A stretch of DNA of 63,996 nt, the filler included, from Rhabdomonas costata (taxonomy: Eukaryota), in assembly GCA_019059605.1 (NCBI GenBank). It is 50 parts of 50 records of this genome, joined end to end, with 100 filler letters (N's around TTAATTAATTAA, not from the genome) between each part and the next. Parts side by side here need not be neighbours in the genome. Positions count along the whole stretch, not along the records: positions 52,576 to 53,757 come from JAHMHO010024679.1; positions 53,858 to 55,039 come from JAHMHO010024680.1; positions 55,140 to 56,321 come from JAHMHO010024681.1; positions 56,422 to 57,603 come from JAHMHO010024682.1; positions 57,704 to 58,885 come from JAHMHO010024683.1; positions 58,986 to 60,166 come from JAHMHO010024684.1; positions 60,267 to 61,448 come from JAHMHO010024685.1; positions 61,549 to 62,731 come from JAHMHO010024686.1; 42 more parts are not named here. One strand, 5' to 3'. How positions within the stretch are numbered: position 1 is the stretch's first letter; every line of letters starts with the position of its first letter. The translations under genes were made by a program, and so were the position numbers. Below the pieces are notes generated by a model. The model searched no databases. It saw only the letters and a program-made list of their open reading frames with translations, and was not told where the DNA came from. Positions 52,829 through 63,996 of this stretch are shown one piece after another.

Positions 52829-53533
52829 GCGATAGTGTACAACTTGCCCAACGTGACGACCAGGCTTGTGCTCTCCAAAGAAGCACTGGTGCAGATCTGG
52901 ACAGGTTTACGTCCACTTCCGCTCCTTTTGTTTTGTTTTGGTGGACGGATGCCTCCGCGTCATTTGTGAACTACACCGCAGCGTTGTCTCTTATATCGTT
53001 TTTCGTCTTTTTTACGGCTCCAGTCGCTTGACTCTTCGCCTGAACTGCCTTCGCTTTCCCCTCTCTCATCGCTGTGAGCTCGCTTTGTCAGCTCTCGGGG
53101 CTTTTTTGTGTTGATTTCCTCAGGTGAGATCTCGACATGGGCTGATCCTGCTCTAGTGAGCCTTAACCCTTCCCTGAACCTGCCCAACATGCCGATCACC
53201 CTTGTGATGAAGCAGGTGTGCCTGCGTATCTGTTCCGCCTTTCCACGATAAGGATTCTTAGAGTGGGATTGCTCTGTGCCCCCATAGGTTTCAGCTAATA
53301 CCCGAGCATGGCGCGGACAAACCACCATGTCCCGAGGACCCCTGTGTCTGTCTCATCTCCTGAACGTTTCTCTGTCGGTGCCACAAAGGGCCTTTCCGAG
53401 GACACCACGCTGCTTACGGCGACGCTTTCCCAGCTCAGCGGGAGCTGGCGGTCCTCCCTGGGGACCTTCTCGGACTCCGCCGTGTGGCAGGCACGCGCTG
53501 CCACCGCCACACGGGTGGGGGTGGTGACAGCCA
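52829..53533 (+). CDS. PstS-like periplasmic-binding-protein (PBP2) domain, three spliced exons
   Basis: Exons 52829-52904, 53124-53215 and 53389-53533 give AIVYNLPNVTTRLVLSKEALVQIWTGEISTWADPALVSLNPSLNLPNMPITLVMKQGLSEDTTLLTATLSQLSGSW, matching PstS YN.P...LVL....L..I..G.I..W.D..I..LNP...LP...I.VV. Confidence 0.82.
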
Positions 53534-54387
53534 GTGAATCTCATTCCATTGGGGCCAGGGTTTAATCCCGACTTCCCTCGCCTCAGCACTCCCCCTCACT
53601 CTCTCCTTCCATCTTTCTTGCTTTCTTTCTTTGTGCTTGGAGGGATTGTCCCTCAACTGAGAGACTCACTTCAGTCAAGGCGAACCATGGGTGATCAGAC
53701 AAGGAACAAGGTTCAGTTGGGCCGAAGGCAGTATTCCTCTCCTCCTCCCAAACAAAANNNNNNNNNNNNNNNNNNNNNNNNNNNNNNNNNNNNNNNNNNN
53801 NTTAATTAATTAANNNNNNNNNNNNNNNNNNNNNNNNNNNNNNNNNNNNNNNNNNNNGGTTGGTTGGGCCAAGATATCTTCCTGGTTTCATTGTACTGCA
53901 TCGTAGCAACCGAGGAAGCGCGCACCCGTGCAAACTTTGCAGAGCAGACCTCTGTAAGAAACAGTGGGGCCTGCGGCGTCACCAGGCCTATGCCCTTTGA
54001 AGGCGCAGTGAGCAGTATCGGGGTCTCAACGTCAGCCCCCCCGCCCATCCGGGGGGTGGGAGCCAGAGAGGCGCTGCGAAAGATGGACCGGGGGTTGATC
54101 ACGGAGGGGGAGGCCTTCTTATGGGCGCCGAATATCGGGGAAGCAGAGGCGCTGCGCGTGGAGGAGGGCCCTCCGAGGGTTTTCTGAGGAAACGGGATGT
54201 CTGTGGGTGGGGTGAGCCCATCCAGGCGTTGGTAATGCAGGACCTCGTGGGCATGGGCGGCAACCTGAAAGAGAAAAGGTGGAAAGCGAAGGGGGGGTGG
54301 TATTACTCCGGTTAGCGAAAATTCTCTGTATTTGGACGGTAGCCTGAGGCGTAAGGGCTTACGACCAGCGACCACTGAGCCACTTGC

Positions 54388-54428
54388 GCACCAGGCACTA
54401 CGGCACCAGGCACTATTGCACCAGGCAC
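54388..54428 (+). repeat. 15-bp tandem repeat (core GCACCAGGCAC) x3
   Basis: gcaccaggcactacg gcaccaggcactatt gcaccaggcac. Confidence 0.8.
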
Positions 54429-56744
54429 GAGGGTACGTGGATCACCGTTGGGTCACCCCTCCCTCCTCGTCGTCGCCCGGGGACATAAAAACTGTGACAA
54501 AAAAAATGGGGAACGCAGAGACAACGACAAGAAGACTCAATTTACTGCCCGCGCAACATTATGTCCGCGCCACCGTAAAAGTGAGAGTTTTCGGATGTAA
54601 TCATTTAATTAAACGCTGGCGCACTGAAAAGCCGACATTAATAACATGTTTTACGGTGTGAGAGCTTACAAGAATTTTCAGCCGTTTTCGGACACTAAAT
54701 GACTTTTTGAGCGTCACCAAATCATGCCTTTGCCAACACTAAATTATCTGAAGTATCGTTTCAGCTGTAATCCTCACTGTATATTCTCACATGACTCGCA
54801 CTACAATATCGATACCACCCATCCGTTCTCGCCGGCTGTTACCACCGCTGTATTCTGAGTTTATGAATAGCTTCCGTAATTACTGCAGCGTGGCAACGGT
54901 TGTCGTGGCGGTGATGATGGGGTCAATCTTTCCATTCCCATTTTCGTTTTCTCATGGGAGGACAGCAAGGAAATAATTGCGCCACGAAAAGGGCCCCAAA
55001 AAAAGAATCGCGGAGGGGGGGGGGCGGATTTCCCAGTCCNNNNNNNNNNNNNNNNNNNNNNNNNNNNNNNNNNNNNNNNNNNNTTAATTAATTAANNNNN
55101 NNNNNNNNNNNNNNNNNNNNNNNNNNNNNNNNNNNNNNNTGTGTGGTGGCCACCCCGGAGGTCCGGGCCTCGGACCGGCCCTTCCTAGCGCTCTCCCGGA
55201 TCAAGGCCGCGCCGCAGAACGCCACCCTGCGCCTCACCGGGAAGCTGGACGCGGTGTGGGCGTGTGGATGTGTGGGGAGGATTTCAGATGGAAGGGAATT
55301 TGAGAAGTGAATGGTCGCCAGTCAGCGGACGATAAAAAATTTCCATCCACCGATCTGACTTTTTGGACCAGAAGGCGAATCGTGGGTCGTGGTGTTTGAT
55401 GACCGAGGGCTGGGTGCCCAGGCCTCCCAATCCAAGAAGGAAGGCCCGTGTGAGCCCGGCGTCCAATAGGGCAGAGATACGGAAGCAGAGTCTCCGTGAT
55501 ACAAGACGGGATGGCATCGTGAGTGCGTATATGCATGTGAGCCTGTTCGTAAGTCCCATCCGCAAGCGTATTCTTCTTTGACTTAGGTTTGCGTTTGCGT
55601 ATGTTTGTGCGAAAAGGAAACACATGCACGAAGGAAGGAGAGCGAGCGATGGTGGAAAGAAAAGCTGCCCCTAACCTAGGACGCGCTCAGCATGGGTGTG
55701 TGTATGTACGGATGTGCGTGGGCTTGGCCCTCTTTTAAGGCCTCTTCCCATCCGCTTGGTAGCCTAGGTACTTTGCTCGCTTTAAACTGAGGGCCAATGC
55801 ACCCGATAGGTATTTTGCGAGCACGAAATAGCATAATATGGTGGTGGAATAGGTGAGATACACTTTTGGACTGAGAGAAGGTTCCGCGTGAAAGAAGAAC
55901 GGTTCGCTTTGTGGCCTTTTTGCCTGCTCTTCCTGTACCCAGCAACCCAACCCGCTGATATTCGAAAACAGCGCGAACCATTTCATGGCAAAAGCCAAAA
56001 AAAAAAAGGAACCGTGGCCACAAAAATATTTTTGAAAAAGAAAAACATGTCATCGTCCATTCTGGCACCCGATCCCTATAACACACCTTTTCCACTGGCT
56101 GTTTGGCGCAGACGAAAGCCTTCCCCGGCTATGGAGGGCTACAGACTGTGTTCGGGTACATGGACCAGCACCTGGGGGAGTATCCTTGGGCTGGCCTGTA
56201 CTTCCTACGCAGCGTGGGCTACGTTTCCGTGCGTGCCCTCTACCTCTCCCCTTTTCCTCTCTGACTGGTCTCGCTGGCTCGCTTGTGGCTGAGGTGCCAC
56301 ACGCCAGTGACACACCCAACCNNNNNNNNNNNNNNNNNNNNNNNNNNNNNNNNNNNNNNNNNNNNTTAATTAATTAANNNNNNNNNNNNNNNNNNNNNNN
56401 NNNNNNNNNNNNNNNNNNNNNGCGCGCTCTCACTCTCTCGATCGATCGAAGCAGTTGGGGTTATCGCATTTTCTGCACAACTCCGAATCCAAGAGAAGCT
56501 CATTCTCGGACCGGCTTTTGGTCGCGCTGACCTGGGAAGTGAACGTTAGGGAAGTTAATGAAAAGATCAGATTTTTTATGAATGATAGACGTTTTTTTGG
56601 TGAATGTGCATTGTAGGCGTTGTGTCTGTGTGTGGGTGTGTGCTTTTTTTATTCGGATTTGTTTTCTCTTTTTATTAACACAGTTGCTTTGCGGGTTGCA
56701 CTGCGTTTCTTTTTACTTTACTGTGCTTTTTGCCTGTTTGGTTC

Positions 56745-57446
56745 ATGTCTTCGCCTTCTCCGCGCCTCTGTGGTGGCAACAAGTTATCTATGATGGTTCC
56801 AGGAAGCATTCCTGGTTCAGTTGGAAAGCCTTCAGCATGCCCTGCCTTGGAGCATGCCTCACCAGTCAGCGGCGCTTCCGCTGTGGCGTGGCCCGTGTCT
56901 CAAGCACCTTCCACGGTGAGCCCCCACAGTGGACTCCCCGACGGTGCCTCTTCTTCCTTCCCGAGCAGCAGTAGCAGCAAGCGGTCCCCACTTTCTCAGT
57001 TTTTCGGACGTTTTTTGGGGAAAGATAAGAAGGTTGCGGAAAGCCATGCGGATCCAATATCAACCGGCTTTCTCGGTACCGGCCTCCGAAACCTTGCGGA
57101 GTCTGAGGCACTGAAGCGCCCGATGGGGCTTCCGGAGAAGACTGCCCAGGAGCGGGCCGATGCCGCAGAGGCAGTGCAGGCAATGCGGAAGGACTTCCAG
57201 CGCACCGCAAAGAAGAGACAGGCACTCCAAGCTCAGGCACGGCGCCGTGCAGAGCGGATCGAGACCTTCTTGCAGGCTGCTCAGCAAACTTGGGAGAGCG
57301 AGATCCTACCCAACTGGCCCGCTTCAGCCACGCGCAGGTCCACGCAGCAGGTGTGGCGGCGGTACGGCCTCCCCGAGGCCCTGCGAAAAAGGGTCTGGCC
57401 CCTAGCGATCGGGAACGAGCTGCAGCTAACCCCGGAGCTCTTCGAG
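56745..57446 (+). CDS. TBC-domain Rab-GAP, TBC1D12/14-like, first coding exon
   Basis: RPMGLPEKTAQE...TWESEILPNW...YGLPEALRKRVWPLAIGNELQLTPELFE|gt matches the TBC1D14 RP.NLP.K...W..EILPNW...G.P..VR..VW.LAIGNEL.IT.ELF pattern. Confidence 0.88.
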
Positions 57447-57703
57447 GTGCTCAGGACCCCACCCGAGTGCTTGCAGGGGCTGCAAGGTCGCGTCAAGTGC
57501 AGTAGAATATCCACGCCCCCTCGGGAGATACCCCGATCGACGGGCCAGCCTCCGTCATTGTCGTCGTCCGAGGAGCATTGTTCCGCGGATCTCCCCACCC
57601 ACANNNNNNNNNNNNNNNNNNNNNNNNNNNNNNNNNNNNNNNNNNNNTTAATTAATTAANNNNNNNNNNNNNNNNNNNNNNNNNNNNNNNNNNNNNNNNN
57701 NNN

Positions 57704-58884
57704 CATTTGGTGGCGTGTCGTTACATAACGCTGTTCACTGCAGAAAAAAACTGCACAGTGCACGGGAAGGAGATGCTAGCGTTGATAGACACGTTGGAAG
57801 AATGGTGGTATTACTTGCTGGTTTCAGGTATCAAAGTTCACACGGACAACTCGGTGTTAAGGTATTTGCAGAAGAATCCCGGCCTTCTCCAAGTCAAGTG
57901 CGGTGGTTGGAAAGATTAAAGATGTATACTTTGCAGATTGCCATTATTTCCGGAAGGCAAAATGTCGCTGCGGATGCCTTATATAAGCACATAGTGGACG
58001 AGGCGAGTCTGTGATTTGCATAGTTGGAGTGTTTGTTGAGTTTATCGACGTTGAGGTTCGATGGACGCTCTGTGCACCTTTAATGGTGGCGGCAGCAGGT
58101 GATCCAGAGGACTGGTCGGCCGACTACTGCAGAGTTGTTGGACACTACAAAGTGGCACCATGGTAGACGTTTGGAGCTGGGGAAGATTGTGGTACCAATC
58201 CAGAAGGAGTACCAATCCAGAAGGATTTCGCTGTACCACAATTCTCACTCAGCATGGCATTGTGGAGTGGCCAGGACGGCCGCCATTATCAAGCGCACTT
58301 ACACGTTCAAGAACATCAAGAGAAATGTGCGAGCTTATGTGCGTACCTGTGATATATGTCAGAGATGCAAAGCGGACCACCATTGCCAAGAGGTCATACA
58401 CAGGTGTTGGAGGTGCCCGTGAGGAAATGGGAATCCATTTCAATGGATTTCGTTTCCATGCCGCCAGGCTTTTGTAAGTTTTCGGTCAAAGGGCAGGTGG
58501 TGAATGATGTGTTGAATTTTACAGATAGGGCTACGAAGATGGTTGTGTTGATACCGTGTCATAACGAAATGAATGCCCACAACATTGCAGAGTTGTTCTG
58601 GTGGCAGATAGTAAGACACCATGGTTTGCCGATGAGTATTGTGAGCGAACGAGATCCGATCTTCATGTCAGTGTTACGTAGAGGTCTTATGGCCTTCCTG
58701 GACATCCAGAGCATAAGATCCTTGCCGTACCATCAACAGACCAACGGGCAATCCGAAAGGACCAACCAGACCATGAATCAGGTAATGACTGCGCTGATGT
58801 ATTCGCATCAAGGCACAACTTGGATGGTACCCGTAAAATTCCAGATTCAGAAAATCAAAACATCCCCTGGTAATGCTTCCACCC
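57704..58884 (+). mobile_element. Decayed Ty3/Gypsy pol fragment (RNase H, integrase Zn finger, rve core)
   Basis: AEKNCTVHGKEMLALI...VHTDNSVLRYL; QVRWLERL...NVAADAL; YHNSHSAWHCGVART...VRAYVRTCDICQRCK; WESISMDF; HGLPMSIVSERDPIF; YHQQTNGQSERTNQT. Frameshifted. Confidence 0.95.
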
Positions 58885-61800
58885 CNNNNNNNNNNNNNNN
58901 NNNNNNNNNNNNNNNNNNNNNNNNNNNNNTTAATTAATTAANNNNNNNNNNNNNNNNNNNNNNNNNNNNNNNNNNNNNNNNNNNNTGTGGTTGTGAATCA
59001 CAGATTCTCTTTCCACGGCCCATACAATCAGCTCAACACCTAATATTGCAATCTGGCAAAGGGAGTGATGTGTTTTGTAAGGGCGAAGTCGTCGCTTTCT
59101 GAAAAAGCAAAACCTTGCTACCCTGGTCCCTGTCTCGGTTCTTGTCGACTCGAATTCCGCGAAAGGGGATGGTGAAAATCCGAGTCGCAGACGACCCATG
59201 GTTAATGCAATGGGAGATTCTTTTGGATGATGGAGTTCGCAGCAGTTGCCGGTTTCATCGTTATGTTTCGGTATCCGGGCGGTGCACCTGTGACCCCTGC
59301 GACCCCTAGCCCTCCACGCGGCTTTTTGCTTTTTGCTTTTCGCTCCCGGTTGGCGTGTCGTAGCCCGACTGAAAATTCCAGAAGAGAGCATCGGAGGGCA
59401 TGTTCCAGATCAGCAGAGGACAGTCGAGCGGAGAGCACACTCCGTTGAGAAGCCCAACAGATCCATTGCCCGCGCCATCTTGGTCCTCTCTTCCTTCAAT
59501 TTTGCATTCGGCACAACGTGTTGGAAGACCACAAGCCTATATCCCTTTCAGCGCACCCTTTGTCAGAGTCCGGTCTCCCGGGTCTACTCTGGGTTTTTAC
59601 CCTTTGATTTCCCTTTTTGTTGTTTGGTTGCAAAATTCTCGCGTTGTTTTGGTTATATTTTTTTGAAACGTTTGCGTCGTTTTCTACCTTCGCCCTGGAA
59701 TGGTAGATCACGTCCGAGGATTACACAACGCTAAAAGGCATGCGTTGCAAGTTGCCAAGGAATACGCGGCAATGCCCGGCCTACAAGCGACCATCATGGA
59801 GCAGCCACCACAAAAGAGCGACAACCCGCCGGACGCCGGCAGCAAAGGGCGACATTGCTTGCAACTTTTGTTAAGCACGTGATTGCACCGCTTCGGTCAG
59901 ATGCGGCAGTCCACTCTTTCTTTTGCGCGACCCTGCTTTAATGACATCCAGAAATGGCATTGTTGGAATCGGGCGCCTCCGAAGGTGTCAGGTAAATACT
60001 ACTTTCTGAATCCGCATTGATCTGTCCGCACTATGGCTTTTTCGCTGTCCATGTGGTAGAATCCGCAGAGTCCATTGATGCAGAAAACTTGCTTCACTGA
60101 GCGGGGTTTCGACCATGCAGCAATAATCTGCAGCTTTTAGTTATCAAGCCTGCATCCATTGCGCCCNNNNNNNNNNNNNNNNNNNNNNNNNNNNNNNNNN
60201 NNNNNNNNNNTTAATTAATTAANNNNNNNNNNNNNNNNNNNNNNNNNNNNNNNNNNNNNNNNNNNNGTGGTGGTGGTACGGTACTCAGCTTTGTACGCTA
60301 CGAGCTTATGGTGACGTGGAAACTCAGCGTTCTCTTCGGTGAAAGTGACGGGAAAAACGGCCCGTCATCCCTCACACACTGTCACTTGTTACGGTCTCAT
60401 ATTTTCCGGTGCGGCTGTACATCTATTCGGGAAAGAATTGGAAGGCTGTCAGTGTACGATCGGTCATGTTTGAACCATTTACTCTGCAAACTCGTCCCCT
60501 GTGATGCGCCATCAGTTTACACCCCCACCTCCAAACATAAGAACCCGCTCCGGAATAGCGCTCGCCGCCTAAACAATACTTTATCCACCGCCGCCTTTTG
60601 TATTTGGGGTTGAGCATTTTAGGTGCGAAGGCGTAGCTGCAGATCTTAGCATGCTTTCTTCTCGACTGGAGCTGGCGACTAGGTCCTAAGTCCGGACCCC
60701 TTGAAGTGGGGAATAGAACGCGCTCACCCAATGGATGTGAACGCCGCTAGTACCCACAGCAATCTTCGAGTTAAGAGCGGTATTTTTTGCGTCCGCAGGT
60801 GTCCACCGGCCCCTTTGGAAACAGCACCACCAAAAAAAGCCGCATCAACCCAGGCAACCAACCATAGCACATCACCACAACCCATACACTGAGAACACCG
60901 CAAGCATAGACAAACACTCCAACAAATATATGAAAACATCCTACGGTCCATATGCACGAATTGCCCCGCTGTATGATGGATTTTGGTAAGGCACCTCCCG
61001 CTTGTGACTATCTGCCGTCCCCTGAAATGTCTGCCGCTTGTACCACTGCGCGTCAACAGCAGGACAAAATACTAAAACAAAAAACAGCAAAACGAAGGCA
61101 AGCTACGATATACTCACAGGTGGTGGTAACCATTATAAAAACTCTTGTTCTGCATCCGCCCAGTATATTGTGCCGCGCAAAAACAACTGACTTCTTTTTG
61201 ATTGTTGGTCGGTTGCAGTAACACCACATAATCACCAGAAAACAAATCAGCAACACACTGACGCTAAATAACCACATACTGGTGGCCAGGCCATTTTCAC
61301 ACAGCAAAATGCGATCCACCAACGTTGCATGGAACCTCCTGGTATTTCGAGGCACACTCTAGCAGAGGTGCCCAAACAACGTGAACATTTGAAAATATTT
61401 TCGGCATACCTTCGCTTGTACGGCACAGAGAAAAGGCACTGAAAACACNNNNNNNNNNNNNNNNNNNNNNNNNNNNNNNNNNNNNNNNNNNNTTAATTAA
61501 TTAANNNNNNNNNNNNNNNNNNNNNNNNNNNNNNNNNNNNNNNNNNNNATGTGGTGGGGTTGTGGGAGCCCGTTGCCGATGTTGCGGGGCTGGGATTCCA
61601 GGAGCCTCCGCTGCCCGCCGCTGCGCTGAGACGGTCGGGTACCGGGGGGTAATTTTGGTCTCAATATTCTCCGTCGTGGAGCCTAGGCATCGGTATGGGA
61701 GGAGCGGTGGCTGGCGGAGAACACCGAGAACATCCACATTGGGCTGAGTGAGCTGTGTGTGAAACAGTGGTGCTGCCAGGCGGCAACAGAATCACCATGG

Positions 61801-63323
61801 ACGAAATTCGGACACTTAAGAACGCATACACGCGCTGGGAGCAACCCACCAAGAGGGATCCACCGACCAATCTTAGGTACAGCGTTTGGAAGGCCCTGCT
61901 TAGCAATAAACTCTGAACAACAATCGTACCTCATTTCGGTAAGGTAATAGCACTCCTGGCTAAAATCGTCAGCAGTGCCCATAATTTCACAAGTGCAGGA
62001 ACATCAGTTTACCTTTCATCCTTTGTTTTCCGGAAAAGAAAACGAACCACAAACGGAGGACTGAAAACCTCACAGAATCGATGCAATGCATTTGATGGAG
62101 GCGTGTACTCCCGGAGTAGGGACCCGACTGCTGGTCACATCCAGGGATGAGCTAGGGAAAGAAAGAGTATGTGCGTTGGGAGGCCATCGTCCGCGTCGTA
62201 CATCGTACCAGGGCTGGGAACCAAGGCACGCTCTCCAGGATTGAATGAAGTTGCGCGATGGATGCATCCCTGCACTTCCCACGTGGCGCGGAACTGTTTC
62301 TTCTATGCTCCTCCACTCCCGACGCATCAGTGCATTCTCTCACCTTCCGTACTTTCCTTCCTCTCTTTGTATAACACAAACCGTGATCACTGATAAGCTG
62401 GGCAGCGCTCAGAACTATGCTTCTAATACATCTAACAGAACTATGCATCTAATACACGTGAACCATTTTCTTTTCTGCCCCTCTCAGTAGGCCTGTACTC
62501 TCCGCCTGCATCCCCCGGGGCCATTTGTTCTTCGCTTACAGACACTGACAGAAAATTCCCTCAATTCAAAAATCGACCTCAGGGAGTGCAAAGAGGATGC
62601 TGCAAGTGATTGGATTGGAATCCCTCTTCCTCGATTCAATTTAAGCAACGCCGAACAATATGTCAGTGGCGAAAAACAGCTACCAAACCCGATCACTCTC
62701 GTCCTTCGAGAAATCCTCATACAACACAACCNNNNNNNNNNNNNNNNNNNNNNNNNNNNNNNNNNNNNNNNNNNNTTAATTAATTAANNNNNNNNNNNNN
62801 NNNNNNNNNNNNNNNNNNNNNNNNNNNNNNNTCACTGTATTATTCGTCGGGAGGGGGGGAGGGGAGAGGGGATCAGGGTCGTGTGCGCCTGCCCTATTAG
62901 AGTCTTCGAAGAGCCCTCATCTCCCACAAGAAGAGCTCTCATCGTCCACACCCGCGCACCAAGTCTGGGGTCCTCCCATAATCCCAGAACATCACAAACA
63001 TCACCCTTCACAACGTTGGGTTTCCTCCTCGGTTTAAAGTGGGTGGGGATGCGGAACCCCATCACCCAACAAAATTCTAACCGGCCGCCAACAGCAAGCA
63101 AAGTGAAGATCAGATCAAAGGTGAAAAAGGAATTGGGCAGCACTCCACCCAATGACCCTTTCCTAACGATGTCACCTCCCAATCACCCCATGGTGGCACA
63201 CATGGTGACACAATCAATAGGGTCATCCGCACAGAGACAAAGAGAGGGTCCTTTCACAATTACAGGATCTCCGCACACCACCACAGGCACACAGCAGGGC
63301 ATATGAAATACACAATCAAATAC

Positions 63324-63565
63324 CGGAGACGCCGTGCTGGCGTCCTCATCCTCGAGCATTGCCACCCCAATTGTCTTTTCCAGCGACAGCTCGACCTGGG
63401 GTGGGCGCTGATTCTGATTCTGCTCGGGCCTGCATATCCCCCCCGGACGCGGACCCTCCGTCACGACAATCGTTGGCGCCCCTGCCTCCCCAGGCTCCGC
63501 TCGCTCAGTGGACGCCGGCGGCTCCACAGCGACAACCGTCTCACAGAGGCCAGTGGGAGAACCCT
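63324..63565 (-). CDS. Hypothetical low-complexity protein exon
   Basis: cag|GSPTGLCETVVAVEPP...EDEDASTASP|gt; no recognisable domain. Confidence 0.35.
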
Positions 63566-63996
63566 GTGTGAGCATGTGTGAGTGCTCGCGGCCAAAGGTC
63601 TCATGCGGTGAGGATAAAAAAGACTGGCACGAACAGGTGAGGCCACTCTATGAATCCTCGGGGCGTGTCGAAAAGACACTTCATTTTCACACATCCACGT
63701 ACAAACACAAAGAAACGCGCGCACGCGGCATTGCTGGTGTGGTTTTTTTGCCTGCTCCTGGACCCTTCTCGAGGGTGCGGATCAAAACTCTGCTGTGGTG
63801 CGGCAGACTCATTGGCGCATCCCGCAGTCTGACGGAGGTCCATCACCCTGCGCTTTCTGGGTCGGAAACCCCACTTCCCCATTCTTCTTTCGTTTTCACA
63901 AGCCAACACCGAGTGTGGGATCGAAGTTCCACTGTTAAAATCATGCCGCCGCGAGCTCGTACGTTCAATTATGCATCAGCACAGAACCCCCCCAAC

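Overview
This window is not one locus. It is about 50 unrelated contigs of near-identical length (~1,180-1,183 nt) joined by a 100-nt artificial spacer (44 N + TTAATTAATTAA + 44 N), so adjacency across spacers has no biological meaning. Many contig ends carry G/T-only (5') or A/C-only (3') tails typical of whole-genome-amplification primers. The DNA is from an intron-rich eukaryote, very probably a euglenozoan (euglenid or diplonemid), judged from a nuclear, intron-split, euglenozoan-type F1 ATP synthase alpha subunit. Recognisable spliced gene fragments: PepN-type aminopeptidase C-terminus, RCC1-repeat protein, LRR protein, Sua5/TsaC, ubiquitin E2, a TRAFAC-type P-loop GTPase, eIF2B-gamma, RRP9/U3-55K, a PstS-like solute-binding domain, a TBC1D12/14-like Rab-GAP, and an intronless OPR/HPR-like helical-repeat protein with a mitochondrial-type presequence. 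Mobile DNA includes two decayed Ty3/Gypsy pol fragments. The most unusual item (46169-47350) is a decayed rolling-circle HUH (Rep-like) endonuclease gene with a DnaJ domain (HPD motif) fused in frame at its N-terminus, an architecture reminiscent of polyomavirus large T antigen. All family assignments come from motif recognition by eye; no searches were run.
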